A stretch of DNA of 63,809 nt, counting the filler, from Sluysia triapertura (taxonomy: Eukaryota): NCBI GenBank assembly GCA_046118255.1. It is 5 parts of 5 records of this genome, joined end to end, with 100 filler letters (N's around TTAATTAATTAA, not from the genome) between each part and the next. Parts side by side here need not be neighbours in the genome. Positions count along the whole stretch, not along the records: positions 1 to 16,292 come from JBJNIA010207479.1; 4 more parts are not named here. One strand, written 5' to 3'. A program made the position numbers and the translations under genes. How positions within the stretch are numbered: position 1 is the stretch's first letter; each line of letters opens with the position of its first letter. The notes below the pieces were generated by a model, which had not been told where the DNA came from, did not search any database, and saw nothing but the letters and a program-made list of their open reading frames with translations. Shown here piece by piece: positions 1-13,750 of this stretch.

Positions 1-488
1 AATAATTGAAGGAAATGAAACGCAAAAGTAATGAATATTAATGTCATTTTTTGTTAATCCTTGTTGCTATAACAAATATATAGAATTAAACATTGCATTG
101 AAAGTTGTATTTACTGTATTGAAAAATCTAAAGATTTTAGAATTTTAAATGATGTGAATTTAAATATCTATTTATGAGATAAGCTATTTGAAACATGTAG
201 GGGTGAATTACTATAACATTAAGAAAATCAATAAATAATAATGCTATATTTATATATTACATTTGAAATGTTGTGGTTATTGTTCAATAAATTAAAGATG
301 AATAAGTCAATCACGATAAATAAGATAAATGTGAATGAATTTATCAATACAAGTGTACATCATTCCCATTCAATTATTCTCAGTATTATATTTAAATTGA
401 ATGAAATAATTAAACATTGAGTTGTTTTACGCATTACGTTTTATTATGTCACAAATGATTCGTTTAAAAAGATTACTTTTTCATTCAG

Positions 489-772
489 ATCCAGTAAGGA
501 ATATCGTAGTAAGACTGTTACATTAGATAGTAATAAAAGTAAAATAAATAGTAGTGATCAGGGTCCAATTATGTCATCCACACCCAAAAAACAACAATTA
601 ATGAGCAGTGGAGTAACTACAACATCATCACCACCACATCAAAGACAATGTGCTCCATCTGTCACGACAAAATCTGGACAGATAAAGAGTAATAGTCATT
701 CGAATTCAATTTGTAGTGGTGGCGGCGGGATTGGATCAAATGTTATTTCTGGAGATGTATATAAAAAACCAA
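489..772 (+). CDS. Internal coding exon of an unidentified host gene (Ser/Thr/Gly-rich, low complexity)
   Basis: Polypyrimidine acceptor ttttttcattcAG ends at 488 and donor GTATGT starts at 773. The frame is open (SSKEYRSKTVTLDSNKSK...MSSTPKKQQLM...GGGGIGSNVISGDVYKKP) and GC is higher than in the flanks. Confidence 0.65.
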
Positions 773-3385
773 GTATGTTTATTCTTGTTTCTGGATGCAT
801 TAATTTTCATTGATTTTGTCAAATTTAAAGTAAAGATCTAAATTTAGATATTGCATGATTTAATAATACATATTTTATATTTTGTCTCGTTATATACAAA
901 TGTTACTATTATTTTGGTTTTATGACTAATTTGTTATGTGCAATATAAAATTTTGTAAACATTTTTGTCACGTGTATCTAATTATTGTTGATGACATTGA
1001 AATCGGAATAATTTCAGTTTAATTGAATTTTTCTTAAGCAAGACTATATTTTAAACGGTTTTATACACCAAAATTGTCTAGAAATTAAAAATACTGCAAA
1101 TAATAGCTTGAATTTGTTCAGAAATAAATTAGTTTCGTTATTATATGACGGAGTAGAGATTTTTTGTGACAAAATATTGTAGTTATAGATTGGTTACATT
1201 ACAGAAAAAACAAGCTAATGTCGTTGACCTCATTTTTGTATTCTACAGCAAAGACGACAATCATCTACATAGCAACAGAATGCAATTTATAAGTTCCCTT
1301 CTACAGAACTCTCACCATCAATTTGTGCCAACTTATTACATGATATGGTAGCTTAATTAGGGCTAATATAAGTGGTTTCTCATAGATTAATTTTATTCAT
1401 TTTTACAAAATTTTAATGAGAAAGTTGTATTTAAAATGTTTATGGTTTCTGTTAAGATATTTTGGGATTAGAATAAATTAAGAAAATAATTTTTTGAATG
1501 TATGTATGTATGTATATTATGAAAATATCTTATTTTTTGTATAATTCCATAAATTAAGATCTATATTGTAAACAATTTAATTATTTACGGTTTTCTTGTA
1601 TCTATTTTTGTCTAGAACAGCAATTTATGAATTAGTGGAACACTTTATTAATATAAATGAAGCATTAAACCATCTAGTTAAAGAAATAACTTATCGATCA
1701 ATTTACGTTATCTCAGTAAAACTACGTACTTTATTAATTTGTAGTAAATGTATATTTAAATAAAGAATTAACTTTTGCCTTACAAAATTAATACCAAGCT
1801 TGAAAAGTTTTATTTGAAATTTTTTTCAATAAACTTCAATATATTTGATTTGGAAATTGAAAAAACCATTGAAAACCATATTTGGGCCACTCTGAGTATT
1901 ACAGAATTTCTAGCAAGAAATTGAAAAAATATTAATATTTTTTATCTTTTGTGTACGTAACTGTTATATCAAACCTTAGTTACTAAATAAATAATGATTA
2001 GTAACAATTTAAACTTTATTTATAACAATAAAAATTTTGTTTCAATCAAATTGAAATAAATGAACTAAATAAAATAAATACATCTTACTGCATAAGGAAA
2101 GGATGAATTTTATAAATAATATTGAATGCAGGGTTCTGTGCTGAAGCATCAGTAAAATTCGTTTTAGTAGCTAATGAAAATGTTAGGAATTCAAAATAAA
2201 ATTTATGTTGTCACATAAAGAAATTAAAACTTAAGAGATATTCGTTTTATTCAATATTAAAGTAAATATTTAATCTTCATCAAGTGAGTTGTTGGACTCT
2301 GATGGATTTTTATTCTTAAAACATATTAATAGTTAATCCGCATATGTGCGTAATCTGTTGCACCTTGATTATTTTTGTTAATCAAGATTTTACGTTATTA
2401 TTGTTAGAATTGCAATGGTGAAATTTATAATTTTGAAATTGAGTTAAATTTATTTTTATATTATATTATATTATTTTTATATCATGCCAGAGCATTTCTA
2501 TAAGTGTGTAAAAAGTGAGTTTATTTAACAGTTTAAGTAGTTAATTATTAGGATTCAGAGTTTTTGCTTGTCCTGATCTTAAGATAAAATTCAACATAAA
2601 AGTACAAATTATACAAACTAAAACCGCATTTTATTACACAGCAAATACAGATAACTAATGTTTCAACTATAAATATCAGAAAAATTAATTATTTACGAAT
2701 TTAAGTTAATCAATATTTTACGTAAATATAATAATGAAGGAAAGCACTTTTTTGGAATATAATATTTTATAAATGTTAATACATACAAGTTATAACCGCA
2801 AAAACTGCAAAATTCTTCAGTCATTACAAAGTTGTCTATCTTAATATTGCTACATTAAGTCGAATTGTATTAGTCTCTTCAACATATTTAATATTTAATT
2901 GTCTGATTTTAAGTTTTTATGCTATTTTAAAATATAGAATATTGTTTTGTCACTCTACTAATTTCTATTGATTGCTTATAGTAACAAGTTGTGTCCTTTA
3001 TCATACCGCATACAAATTTAATTATGTCATGATATTATATCCAATACTTTTTCCCAATTTGACTATTTGGTGCTTCACATATTTTTCATTTTTCAATGAG
3101 GGCAATACTGCCTCATTTAAATTTTAATATATATCCACTCTTATGAGTTTTTTATATTTTGTGATTTTTTAAAAGAATTTAATTTAATATATTTTCCTTT
3201 CGAAAATAATTCAAATTTTGATTTTCAATTTATTTTAATAAGTAATTTGAAATCAAATAGTAAATTTACTGTAATTTACTTTGGTTTCAATGCATAATGA
3301 AGCTAATATTAATAATTATAATAAGCAGTAATTACATAAAATAATTTAAGAATGATCAGGAAATGAAATTATTGGCAGAACTTTA

Positions 3386-3427
<42 letters not shown>

Positions 3428-5749
3428 ATTAATGTTTTTTTAAATTTTAAAATTAATATTTGCCAATAGTAAGTATTTACTGTTTTAGGAATTCGCTCGT
3501 TTGATTATTTTTTATCGATCTACAATTAAGTCTAATAGACTGCTTATTTTCAGATAAATAATTTTTTAAATAATATGACTGCCTAGCAAGTTTCCTGAAG
3601 TACAATTTGGGAAGTTAATTATTACTTGTTTGTAATTTATCGATAAATTTAATTATTATTTTCTGGACGCCTAAATCAGTTATCATTTTACGATGTATTA
3701 GGTAGAAATAAATTTTATTACTATAACAAATAATGCGAAATTTAAAATTTAAATAAATTTAAAAATAAAGTTTTTAGTACATATTATTTTCAATTTAAGT
3801 TGTTTTAGTGTGACTATTTTGTAATATTGTTAATTATTTTTTATATGAGCATTAAAATTTTTTCTGATAATAATTGAATTTACTAACATTGTTAAGTATG
3901 TGTTTGCAGAATTACAAATCAATAACATTCATGTAGAATTATAAGTTCTATCACCTTTTTATATGCATGTGATTCTTGTAATAAAGACAACAAATTCACA
4001 TAATAATTTTGATCAGTAAAAATATGCAAATTAGTAATGATATTTTGATCACCGGATCCACCGAAAATCAATATTATAAAAATAAAATAAATTCATGCAC
4101 AATCATTGAAAACTTTCAAAATTGAGACTAAAATGAAATACACAAAAGATGTAAAATTTATAAGATAAAATAAAAATAATTAATGTAAATAGGTAAAAAC
4201 TTATCAAAAAAATAGAAATATATAAAAACACCTTCATAAAAAATTAAAAAGCGCACGAAGAAAATGGCCAATAAATTATACAACATGAAATCATGCTAAA
4301 AGTAAATACTAGAACTACAAAGGAATACTATATAGTAAAGCAGATAAAATTAAATTAAAGTATATGATCACAACTATAGACGAAATTGGCCATCCAATCA
4401 CATATAGTATAAGAGCAAATACTCGTTATTTATTCTAAAACGAAATTGTCAATGTAATGAAATAAACTTTGGGAAATTAGATACAGTAAAAAATATTATA
4501 TAATGAAAATCAAACATTTCTGGGATTCATTATAATAAGAATTAAAAAAAGCGAATTAAATAAAAATTTGATTATAAATTTTACTCACACGAAATATATA
4601 GCAAAAAAGAATATTTATTGATTTTATTTCTGAAATTTATGTGAAAAAATTCGAAAGCAGTGAAAGGCTTGACTGGCTGACCATATCATTGGTTGAACCA
4701 AGTGTTTGGTCGTGGGATATTCATTGTGATTGGATAACTTTCTGATATTTTGTTTTTAACGTAAGTTATAATATCTAAGTAATAATATTAATTGAAATCT
4801 GTCTGTAAAGATAAGATTACGTAAATATTTTAAATATATTTGTAAATAAAACTTTAATTATGATTGGCCGACTTTGCAAAAATAATTTATCTGTGTAATT
4901 AAATAAATCATTAAAATTTTAATTTGAGAGGGAATGAAATTTTGATAGATTCAACTCTCCATCTTTAATGAACTGAGACGAGTTCGGATGATAGATGCTA
5001 TTAATCATAATATTACTCTATATCATTTAATTCTAATACTATATTCATGAAATACTAAGAATAATCTAAATTTCGAATAAATCGATTGTTGATAATAAAA
5101 AATAATTATCTTTAGTTACTTATTGCTTTCTAATTTCAAGCAATGTAATAGCGACAGATTATCATTTGATAAGTTCATAGGTCAATCATGGATTTAAAAT
5201 TTAAATAGATTTAAGTAGTCTAGCATTGAAGATTTCCTTTTATAGTTGTAATTATTAAAGCATGTTTCATTAATTCTTAAATGCTCACGCTAATATTCTT
5301 AGGACTCAAAGCATACAATTTTTGTCATAACTTGTTTATTAGTACATTTCGGCAAAATTCATACTAGCTATTTGAAGTTACATGATTAAACATTTTAACT
5401 TACATTATATTGTGACTTGTCATCAAGATGAATTTGCAAACATGAACCGGAGTGAGTATATCTGCCTAAGAAACATAGAGGATGTTATCAGTATCCACAG
5501 AAATATGATAAAAAGATGAACACAACACGTAGCAAGTGTAAAATGCGTGGATGTAAATTGCATAGAAAATTGCACATATTTTTTGTTAAAATGAACCATA
5601 TATGAAAATTTTTAATCATAATATAAATATTTAAAATATTATCTAAATTCATTTTTCTTTAAAGATATATTCTTATATTTCATTAAACTAATTATTAAAT
5701 TAAGCAAAGCCCAAACAGTAGCCAACGCAAGAATATACGCTAGATTTAA

Positions 5750-5952
5750 CCCTTTGAGTTCCAGGAGCGCGATCGCGCTTGTTCGTTATTTTCACTTATT
5801 ATGTTGAAATTATAAAATATTATTAAATTTATAAAATTTATTTTATGATTTTGTAATACTTTTCGTAATAAAATGTTTAGAAAATTATTTTTTTAATTTT
5901 CATTTTTGTGTAGCATCCTGGCACTTTTAAAATCATGTTGACACTCAAAGGG
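5750..5952. mobile_element. piggyBac-type non-autonomous element (MITE)
   Basis: TTAA (5746-5749), then CCCTTTGAGT ... ACTCAAAGGG, then TTAA (5953-5956). This is a perfect 10-bp terminal inverted repeat with CCC/GGG ends and a TTAA target site. Confidence 0.8.
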
Positions 5953-6399
5953 TTAAGTGTTTAAGCATAAAGTTAAATGAGTTTATATAAATTTTAGTAT
6001 ACTTTTTTGGGGTCTTAGAATTTGTTTGTTGATACCGATTTAGATAATTAAGCTTGTGTTCATGGCATGAAATTAGAGCACGGAGTTTGGATCGCATACA
6101 CGTGTTTATGATGTTATTACTTTGAATCATATTGTAACTTATTATGGTAAGTTTGATGGCCGAATACCTCGTTATGATCAGAGTTTTATAACTAATAGGT
6201 TGTATTTTGTTGATTTTTTTAATTATATATTCTATATCTTCAAAATTTGTTAAGAACTTAAAACAAAAGCATTAACAAGTTTATATTTAATGAAATAGTT
6301 GATGATAATTCGTTTATGTGTAGGATTGTAAGCCTCTACTAATATTTTTAATTTAGAAATACTTGTCTTAAATCTAACAATATTTTTTATTACAAACAT

Positions 6400-9240
6400 A
6401 AGAGAATAATTATAAGTCGTAAATGAACAAAATTTTATTGCATGAAAATTTAGATTATACGTTAAATAATTCAATTGAAACTTTTCATGGATCAAAATTT
6501 CCAAACATGCCATATTCACTACCACCTCTTGCCACATGACTTGGAGCCTTCTCTGGAGATTGTCTTGTTGTAGTACATGTCTTCGTCTCCTTAATCATTA
6601 TCAATTAGGACTACATTTGAAATCATATTCTGTTCATTTACTGTTGATTTATCAAAGCAATGTGCTTTTGCCTTTTTGGTACTTATTACATCGAGGCTTA
6701 GATAACTTTGGGATACTTCAACGTCCTTCTGATTAACTAAATACTGATAATTACTGAATATTTTAACTATTTGTATCATTAAAACATATTTCGCAATATT
6801 TCTCGTCGGCTTATTTATTTCTACATTTAATTGTTCGACTCTGTGTACATCTTTGACTTGCGATCGTTTAACTTCATATAGAATTTTGACGTTATATACG
6901 TCTTTGGCATTCAGTTGCCTTGATAAATAACTCTATATGCATCTATAACATTTTCACCTTTCACTCTTTTAGCCGCATTACTCATCATACATTCACGAAT
7001 TGAAGATTTAACAGTATAGTCATGACAATACTTTATAAGTTGATTTGGAACATTAACTCTAATTAAATTTAACGATTTGCTAACAGGGATCGGTTGGAGA
7101 ACCATCAGATATTCACCTATTAAAATTTATGAACAACTACCTGTTTTTAATATTAGAATCTCATTTTGAAGCAGTTTCGAACTAATTGTTGTGAAATTCG
7201 AATGATCACACAAATCTTTTAATAATTCTTTCATAGTTACAATTCCATCTAAATTAATATGATAGACCTTTTTGTGTCTTTTAACATTTCTTGTTGATGA
7301 TGGTGGGACAATTGGATCCGAAGCCCGTGGTAACAAAATAGTAACGGAGTGATAACTATTCATCAAAATGGTCGGCTTAAACTCTAGAGTAATGAACCGT
7401 TGACTACTTGTTTTACAAACTAGTGCATTTGATCCAATTCCAGATGATTGTCTTTCTGAACATAATCGTAAAATTATTAATAATTGAACGTCCACCTTGT
7501 TTAAATTGTATGTCTAACGGTAATATCATTGTAGAATTTGAAATTGGCATTCGGTTATGACGCGACTTCGAACTTTGATCCCGACGGTGACTTGCATTTT
7601 GTACAAAATGATTTTGTGTACTTTACTTTACGTTACTTTACTTGACAGAGAGTATTGCATCCGAGATGTACTTATATGACTGTAATGATGATAATCAGAA
7701 ATTTCGTTAATGACGATACTACTTGTACTATTTGTTGGCAAAGTTTCAATATCTCGAAGTCGAATCTGTTAGTAATGTTAATTCTTCATTATTTTGGATA
7801 TTAAACGATTTTATGACCGATTTATCATGAATAAAAGAAATTTTGACATCATTTCTTCGTGAATTAAATTCATCATAATTTGTTACTTCATTCATTTTTG
7901 TCTTAATTTTGGAAATTTTTACTTTGATTTTGTTTTTTGTATTGTTCTATTTTTCATTCTTCAAAAAATAATTAATTTTTATTTTTTAGTTAATATCACA
8001 TTATTGGTCATCCAATCAGGCCTTTTGTAAAGATTGAAAAGCAGAGAAGGTCTTGATTGGATGATGTGCAATATGTCCAATAATAACCAGAAAATCATTA
8101 CTACTGATGATTGACCATCATCAGTATTGACATTGATGGAAAATGTGCTAAGAAATGTCAATACTAATGGTGGTAGTAACGAATTTTAGCAATTATAAAT
8201 TTTAAATAAAATTATTTTAATAATAATAATAATAGCAACAGCAATATTGTTGTTATTATTCTTAATAAAAGAAGATAAAGAATGAAAACAATGCATAAAT
8301 TTCTTAAAACTCTATAAAATGAGCTTTCTTTTCTTAAATCTTTATTCTGACATATCAAATAAAAGGTGGAATAAAATTGGTCGACGTGGAATGAAAAGGT
8401 AACGACAGAAGAATACGCATGCTCTAGTTTTTATTGTTATTTATAACCTTTGAATTCTTTAAAACTGCATTGTGTTTTTTCTTAAAATTTTGGTAGATTT
8501 CTAAAATATTAAATGAATTAAAGCTGCATTTTGGAATATATTTCCGAATAATATTTGTTTGAAAAGAACTGGTAAGTATAATTGACTTGTGAAGATATAA
8601 TAGATGATTTGAGTCGAAAGTGAAATAAAAAATGTTAGAATCGGTTCTTCTATATTGATTGGTGTTTATGTTTGAAAACAAGACTTATGTATTGAAATAT
8701 GATGGTTAAAAGGTTTATTGAGAAGATTGTAATTTATTGAATTAAAAAGGGGAATTACAATATAACTCTTTGTATATTGATGATGTTATTATGCTATGTA
8801 TTGTGTGATTATTTTGTTTGGTGTTTTAGGTGTTGATGTTCTGAGTTAATGATGATTATGCATTAATGAATAGTGCATTTGAAATGTTGTAGTTGATTCG
8901 AAGTAGGTATTTTATGTGTTTCGAGTAATTTTATTGATGTTAAATGAAATGTACAAGTATTAAATGTACTTGTGGTTTATATGTTGTATGTTGTGATTGT
9001 GATTTGATTTTAAACCAATAAACTATTGAGTAAATATTATTAAATATTGGGTAGCGTAAAATGAAGGTTCGAAAGTATTAGATGGATTGTTTGAGATGTG
9101 TTTGTTGTTGAATTATTGTAAATGTCGAGTATTGTTTCTGATGAATTAGTTAATGTAATTTGGTAATGTTAGGTGTATTTTTGATTTGGATGTTGTGAAA
9201 TTTTATCAGATTTTTAGTGATTGTGAGTGTTGGCCACCAC
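6400..9240 (-). mobile_element. Degenerate multi-ORF repeat element of unknown class (two same-strand coding remnants separated by a hairpin/CCAAT spacer)
   Basis: Chain of minus-strand ORF fragments broken by stops and frameshifts (7127-7495, 6911-7105, 6591-6779, 8424-8681) with strong strand skew at 8480-9240. The part at ~7990-8650 has a diverged second copy at 39042-39570. Confidence 0.5.
8115..8173. repeat. Inverted repeat/hairpin, 20-bp stem, 19-nt loop
   Basis: Arms CCATCATCAGTATTGACATT (8115-8134) and AATGTCAATACTAATGGTGG (8154-8173) give 18/20 Watson-Crick pairs plus one G-T. Confidence 0.85.
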
Positions 9241-9269
9241 AGTGAAAAATCGAAAATGAATTAAATTCT

Positions 9270-10110
9270 AAAAAGTGAAATTAAAGTCATTATTTTTATG
9301 TATGTATCAATATTATTGATTGTTATTTTAATGTGAGAATTAATTTAAGTCAAAGTAGATTGAGTAGAGTAAAGGAAAATAATAGATAATCATAAATCAA
9401 TTTTTTGTGTTCTGTATCTAATAAAGTTTGACAGTCTGTACTTGTAAGTGTCAAAGTTATTATTGTCGGATTAATTATCAAAGAATGTTGCAGTGATATG
9501 TATGAGAAAATGTTTAATTACAAAATTGGAAATTATTGGAAAATATAAAAAGGAAAACTTAAAAATCTTATTATACAACGCAACAACAACTACAACGACA
9601 TACAATAATAATAACAATTAGTAATGCAAATAAGAAGATCCATGCTTTAGGTAATTTTTGAATTTATTTTATAATTAAAAATAATATTAATTTTTTTGGA
9701 GGATTTTATTAAAATAGTATTTTGGTTTTTGTGTTGTGTTGAAAAATTTATATTTGATAATCGTGAATAATAGTTAATATTTTTCATAATGTTGCGTCAC
9801 CTCTGGTTTCTTTTGATAGATTGTTATATCCTTGACACTATTATAAACCTTATTGTTAATCTCGTCGTTTTAATCATTTCAGAATTGCTTAATAGAGATT
9901 TATAATAATACTAATTTGTAATTGATTTTTATTTAACCAGTAAATTGTTTTGTTGTTATTATTGATTTGATTTCCGAGAGCTTAATTTTGGGGTGAATAA
10001 TTATTGATATTAAATAAGAGAATTATTGCAAATTTGTATTTGATCTAGTGACTACTTAAAAAATTGAGATTATATTTAAGCTACTTGAATTAATATTGAT
10101 TTATAGTAAT
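9270..10110 (+). repeat. Dispersed repeat, left member of a diverged inverted pair (partner 11530-12480)
   Basis: Collinear blocks match the reverse complement of 11530-12480, e.g. tgttgcgtcacctctggtttc vs ttgttgcgtctcctctggtttt, tagattgagtagagta vs tagatcgagtagagta, and atccatgctttaggtaat vs atccatgactatggtaat. Confidence 0.65.
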
Positions 10111-11029
10111 TGATAATTTGTAAAGAGGCAACATAAGGACGCTGGATTCAATTGAGTTGTGGATAACATTCATTGAATCTTTTTCTTCAGTAATAATATT
10201 AAAATAAAGATAAGTTTAGTAGAGAGTTAAGATTAATTTTGTTTTTATTATTATTTTATATTTTATTTGTGTTAATAACATTTATATTGTGTAACTCCTG
10301 CGATTTTTAAAGAGTTAGACAATAATTTATTAAAGAATTTGATTTAAAGAATTATTTTAATTACATAAAAAAGTTCGATTTATATAACTATAATTGTGAT
10401 ATAAAGAGGTTGATTTATAAAATTATATTTGTCATATGAAAGATTTGATTTGTGTAATTGTTGTATAAGAATATATCGAGATTCAGTTTTATTTGATATT
10501 TAGTTATTAAAGAGGGATATTAGTAAACGAAAAAACACATTTTATAATCATGAATCTTACAACTGCACGTAAACTTTACAGGATTTTATGCTAAAATCTC
10601 ATTTAAATTAGACGTCTTAATCGGAATGTCCGTCTTTTATATGAACCTTGAATTATATTACATTTAGATTATTCTATTAATAAATGAAATTTAGATTTTC
10701 CCTTATTATCAACTAAAGAACAAAGTTAACACAATATATGATATTTTAATGCAGAATTCATATATCACTTAAGGAGAATGATGAAATATATATAAGAGTT
10801 TATGTGCTAAATTTATTATTTAAGTATTATTTATGGAAATTCTGGAATACTTTTAAATAGTTGTCTAAAACAATTGTTTTAATGATTTTGCATCAAGAAA
10901 TCAAGGTGTACTTAAACTGGTAATCCTCATAACTATTTATCTAACTCTCTGAGTGTATATTTAAAATTATGTTGAAATAATATTAATTGTAATGTTTAAA
11001 AATTGTCACACGCCAAAATATTGTAATCG

Positions 11030-11500
11030 CAGGGTTTTTCATATAACTTAATCTTCTTTTCAAATAATTTAAGCTGTCAAATAATTTAAGAATTTTGTCA
11101 TATAGCTTAATCTTTTGAGAAATTAATTATTATATTGTAATTATAATGTTTATATATTCAATAAAATGAAAAAATCCAAAAGAAGTGAACATTCATACTT
11201 TTTAATAAAATTACAATAAATTTACATGAAAAGATATTTATTAAAAAGGGCTCATTGCCAATTGCTCTGATTAAATATTCGCACACGTGCTTAATATATG
11301 AGTTACAATTTTCTCTACTGATATCCAAACTTGATTGCATTATTTTCAATTTTAATTGATCTTCTGTTTTGTTGTGATAATTAAATTAGTTCTAAATTTC
11401 AATATATGTTCAGTAACCATAAAATAGATACAAATTATTGATTATTCTCAAATTATAGTAAGCTTTCAGTGTTATCAGAATAAATACAAATATGTTCAAT
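11030..11500 (-). mobile_element. 3' end of an IS630/Tc1-like DNA transposon (TIR plus transposase C-terminus)
   Basis: CAGGGTTTTTCATATAACTTAA at 11030 matches the TIR ending at 15450 in inverted orientation. ORF 11158-11349 (SSLDISRENCNSYIKHVCEYL) resembles the C-terminal helix of DDE_3-type transposases. Confidence 0.5.
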
Positions 11501-11529
11501 TAACTGTACTTTTAATATTACGTCTTAAA

Positions 11530-12480
11530 TCAATTATTACAATAATACAATATTAATTTAATTCACTTAAATAAAATCTCAAATGAATTCAATATTCACT
11601 AAATCAAGTACAACTTATTACAAATTTTCTTATCTTAATAATGATATTTATTCAACCCAAAAAATTATTTATTATTTTCAAATTAAAAAAACTCAATATC
11701 AATACTATAATAGTCCTGTTTATTAGCCATATTAAGCATGACATAATACGTCTAAAGAAAAACCAGAGGAGACGCAACAACACTTAAAAAATATCAATAT
11801 CTAAAAAGTTGAAGATAATAATAATTATTAATATACAATTTCAAACAGCCGTATTCTATCTTAACAGCAAAAAGGATTTACAAAAATAATACGCACAGGG
11901 AGCCTCCAAAAAAATAAAATTAATCAATTACTTTCAAAAAGTTAGTCTTAAAATTAAGATAAAATTTCTAATTCAAAATATTTCCAAAGAATTCGGGCAG
12001 GGAGCCTCCCAAAAATTTAGGTTTAATTGGCAATAACTTAAAAGTAAACTACATAATTACCCAAAAGCTATTTACTTAATAAAATTTTATTAATGATTAA
12101 AAAAAATAATAATAAACTAATAAAAATAATAAACAACATTACCATAGTCATGGATTTTTTGTCATTACATTACGCTATGATCGATTGTGTTGCTAATTTT
12201 TAAAGTATGCGCTTTTATATTTCTGTATCATCCAATCACTCTCAAACTCACAATCAGTAATTATTCTTACACAAATCATCAAAACTTCTTTTAAAGATTA
12301 AACCGACTAAAACGACTTTGACCTTTTCATGGTACGACCTGTCAAGCAAAACATAACAATTCGATTAAAATCAACTCCTTTTTTCTTCTACTCTACTCGA
12401 TCTATTTTTTCATGAATGATTTCTTACATTAAAACAACAATTATTATTATTTTTGATACACTCAGAAATGATGAATTTAA
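11530..12480 (-). repeat. Dispersed repeat, right member of the inverted pair with 9270-10110
   Basis: Reverse-complement similarity to 9270-10110 in at least four collinear blocks. Confidence 0.65.
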
Positions 12481-13666
12481 CTTTAGTTTTACAGTTTAAT
12501 TAATTTTCAACTCCTCTCATTCAATTTTTAATGGAAAATGTTTAAGGTTCTTGCTTCTTAACAAACAATTTCACAAACATTTCAACATCATTTTTGGATT
12601 CTCCTCTTTCATAACAATCACTTCATACTAAAATCATCATCTCTTCATCATTCTAAATATGAAAGCTTCATCACTTTTAATTAAAAATTAATTAAAAGTT
12701 GACTTTGTTAAACGTAGAGGCTTTCCTCGCATGAACTCGGTAGAACTTTATCTTCATTGGAAGGTCTCTTTAAAACACATTCATACGCAATTGCAGTTTG
12801 AATGTAGCATTCCTCATTCAAAAGTTATTCACAAAAACGTAATTTTTCTTAAGTAAGTTAATTAAAATTTTAATTTATTAATTATTTATTTTAACTTATT
12901 TTATTTTATGTTTAAAGGTTTTATTATGGTTATAAAGTTGTTAAATACTTTATAAGGTACTCAGGAGGTTTTATATGTTTCACATTCACCACTCTCATTG
13001 CTTTTTCTACTTCTTTTATTTCAATTATTAATGTATTAAATTTATCTTTAATATTATTAACCGTGATTTTAATTCTTGAACATTTCAAAGGTTCCAAACA
13101 TTTTACAAAGTTACTCGATGGTCTCAAAAGTTTATTAAGGTCTTAGAAATTTAATAAGTTCTCAAATATCTTCAAAGATTCCGAAAGATCAACAATGTCT
13201 CAAATGATCTCAAAGTTCAGAAGTTCAAAGGTATCTTCATACATCAAGACATCTTTCCAGACCTTACTTAAGTCTTCATAAGGGTCTCAATACCCTATAA
13301 AGATCTTTGGAACTCCAAGGTATTCTTCGGTTTCAAAATGATTATAAAAATTTTACTGTTCATTACTCTTGCTCTGAAAATATTGTCGGGAATCGGTCGA
13401 TTTGTCGGTCAATTGGTCATCAAACTAGAATAAACAATAATAATATTTGTGATTTAAATAATAATAATATTTGATTTTTATTAACAATCGTATTTTATTT
13501 TATTATTTTATTTTATTTTAGTTTGACAATTATATTATTTTATTTTAATTTGACAATTTTAATAATTTTTAGTTATCATTTATCTCCTAAATATTATCAT
13601 TATTATAAAAAAATTAATTAAAAAAAACTTTTAAATTTATCTTAGTTCTAATAAATAATAAAAAAT

Positions 13667-13750
13667 TCAAATTTTGTTTATAAATTTATTTGTTTTAATA
13701 ATCAAATTTTGTTTATAAATTTATTTGTTTTAATAATCAAATTTTGTTTT
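13667..13750. repeat. Tandem repeat, ~35-bp unit, about 2.4 copies
   Basis: tcaaattttgtttataaatttatttgttttaataa is repeated directly. Confidence 0.8.

Noticed and set aside
1166-1351. Possible next exon of the gene at 489-772
   Set aside because: There are several candidate acceptors (1248, 1306) but the phase-compatible readings stop within 14-16 codons. I could not define a convincing exon.
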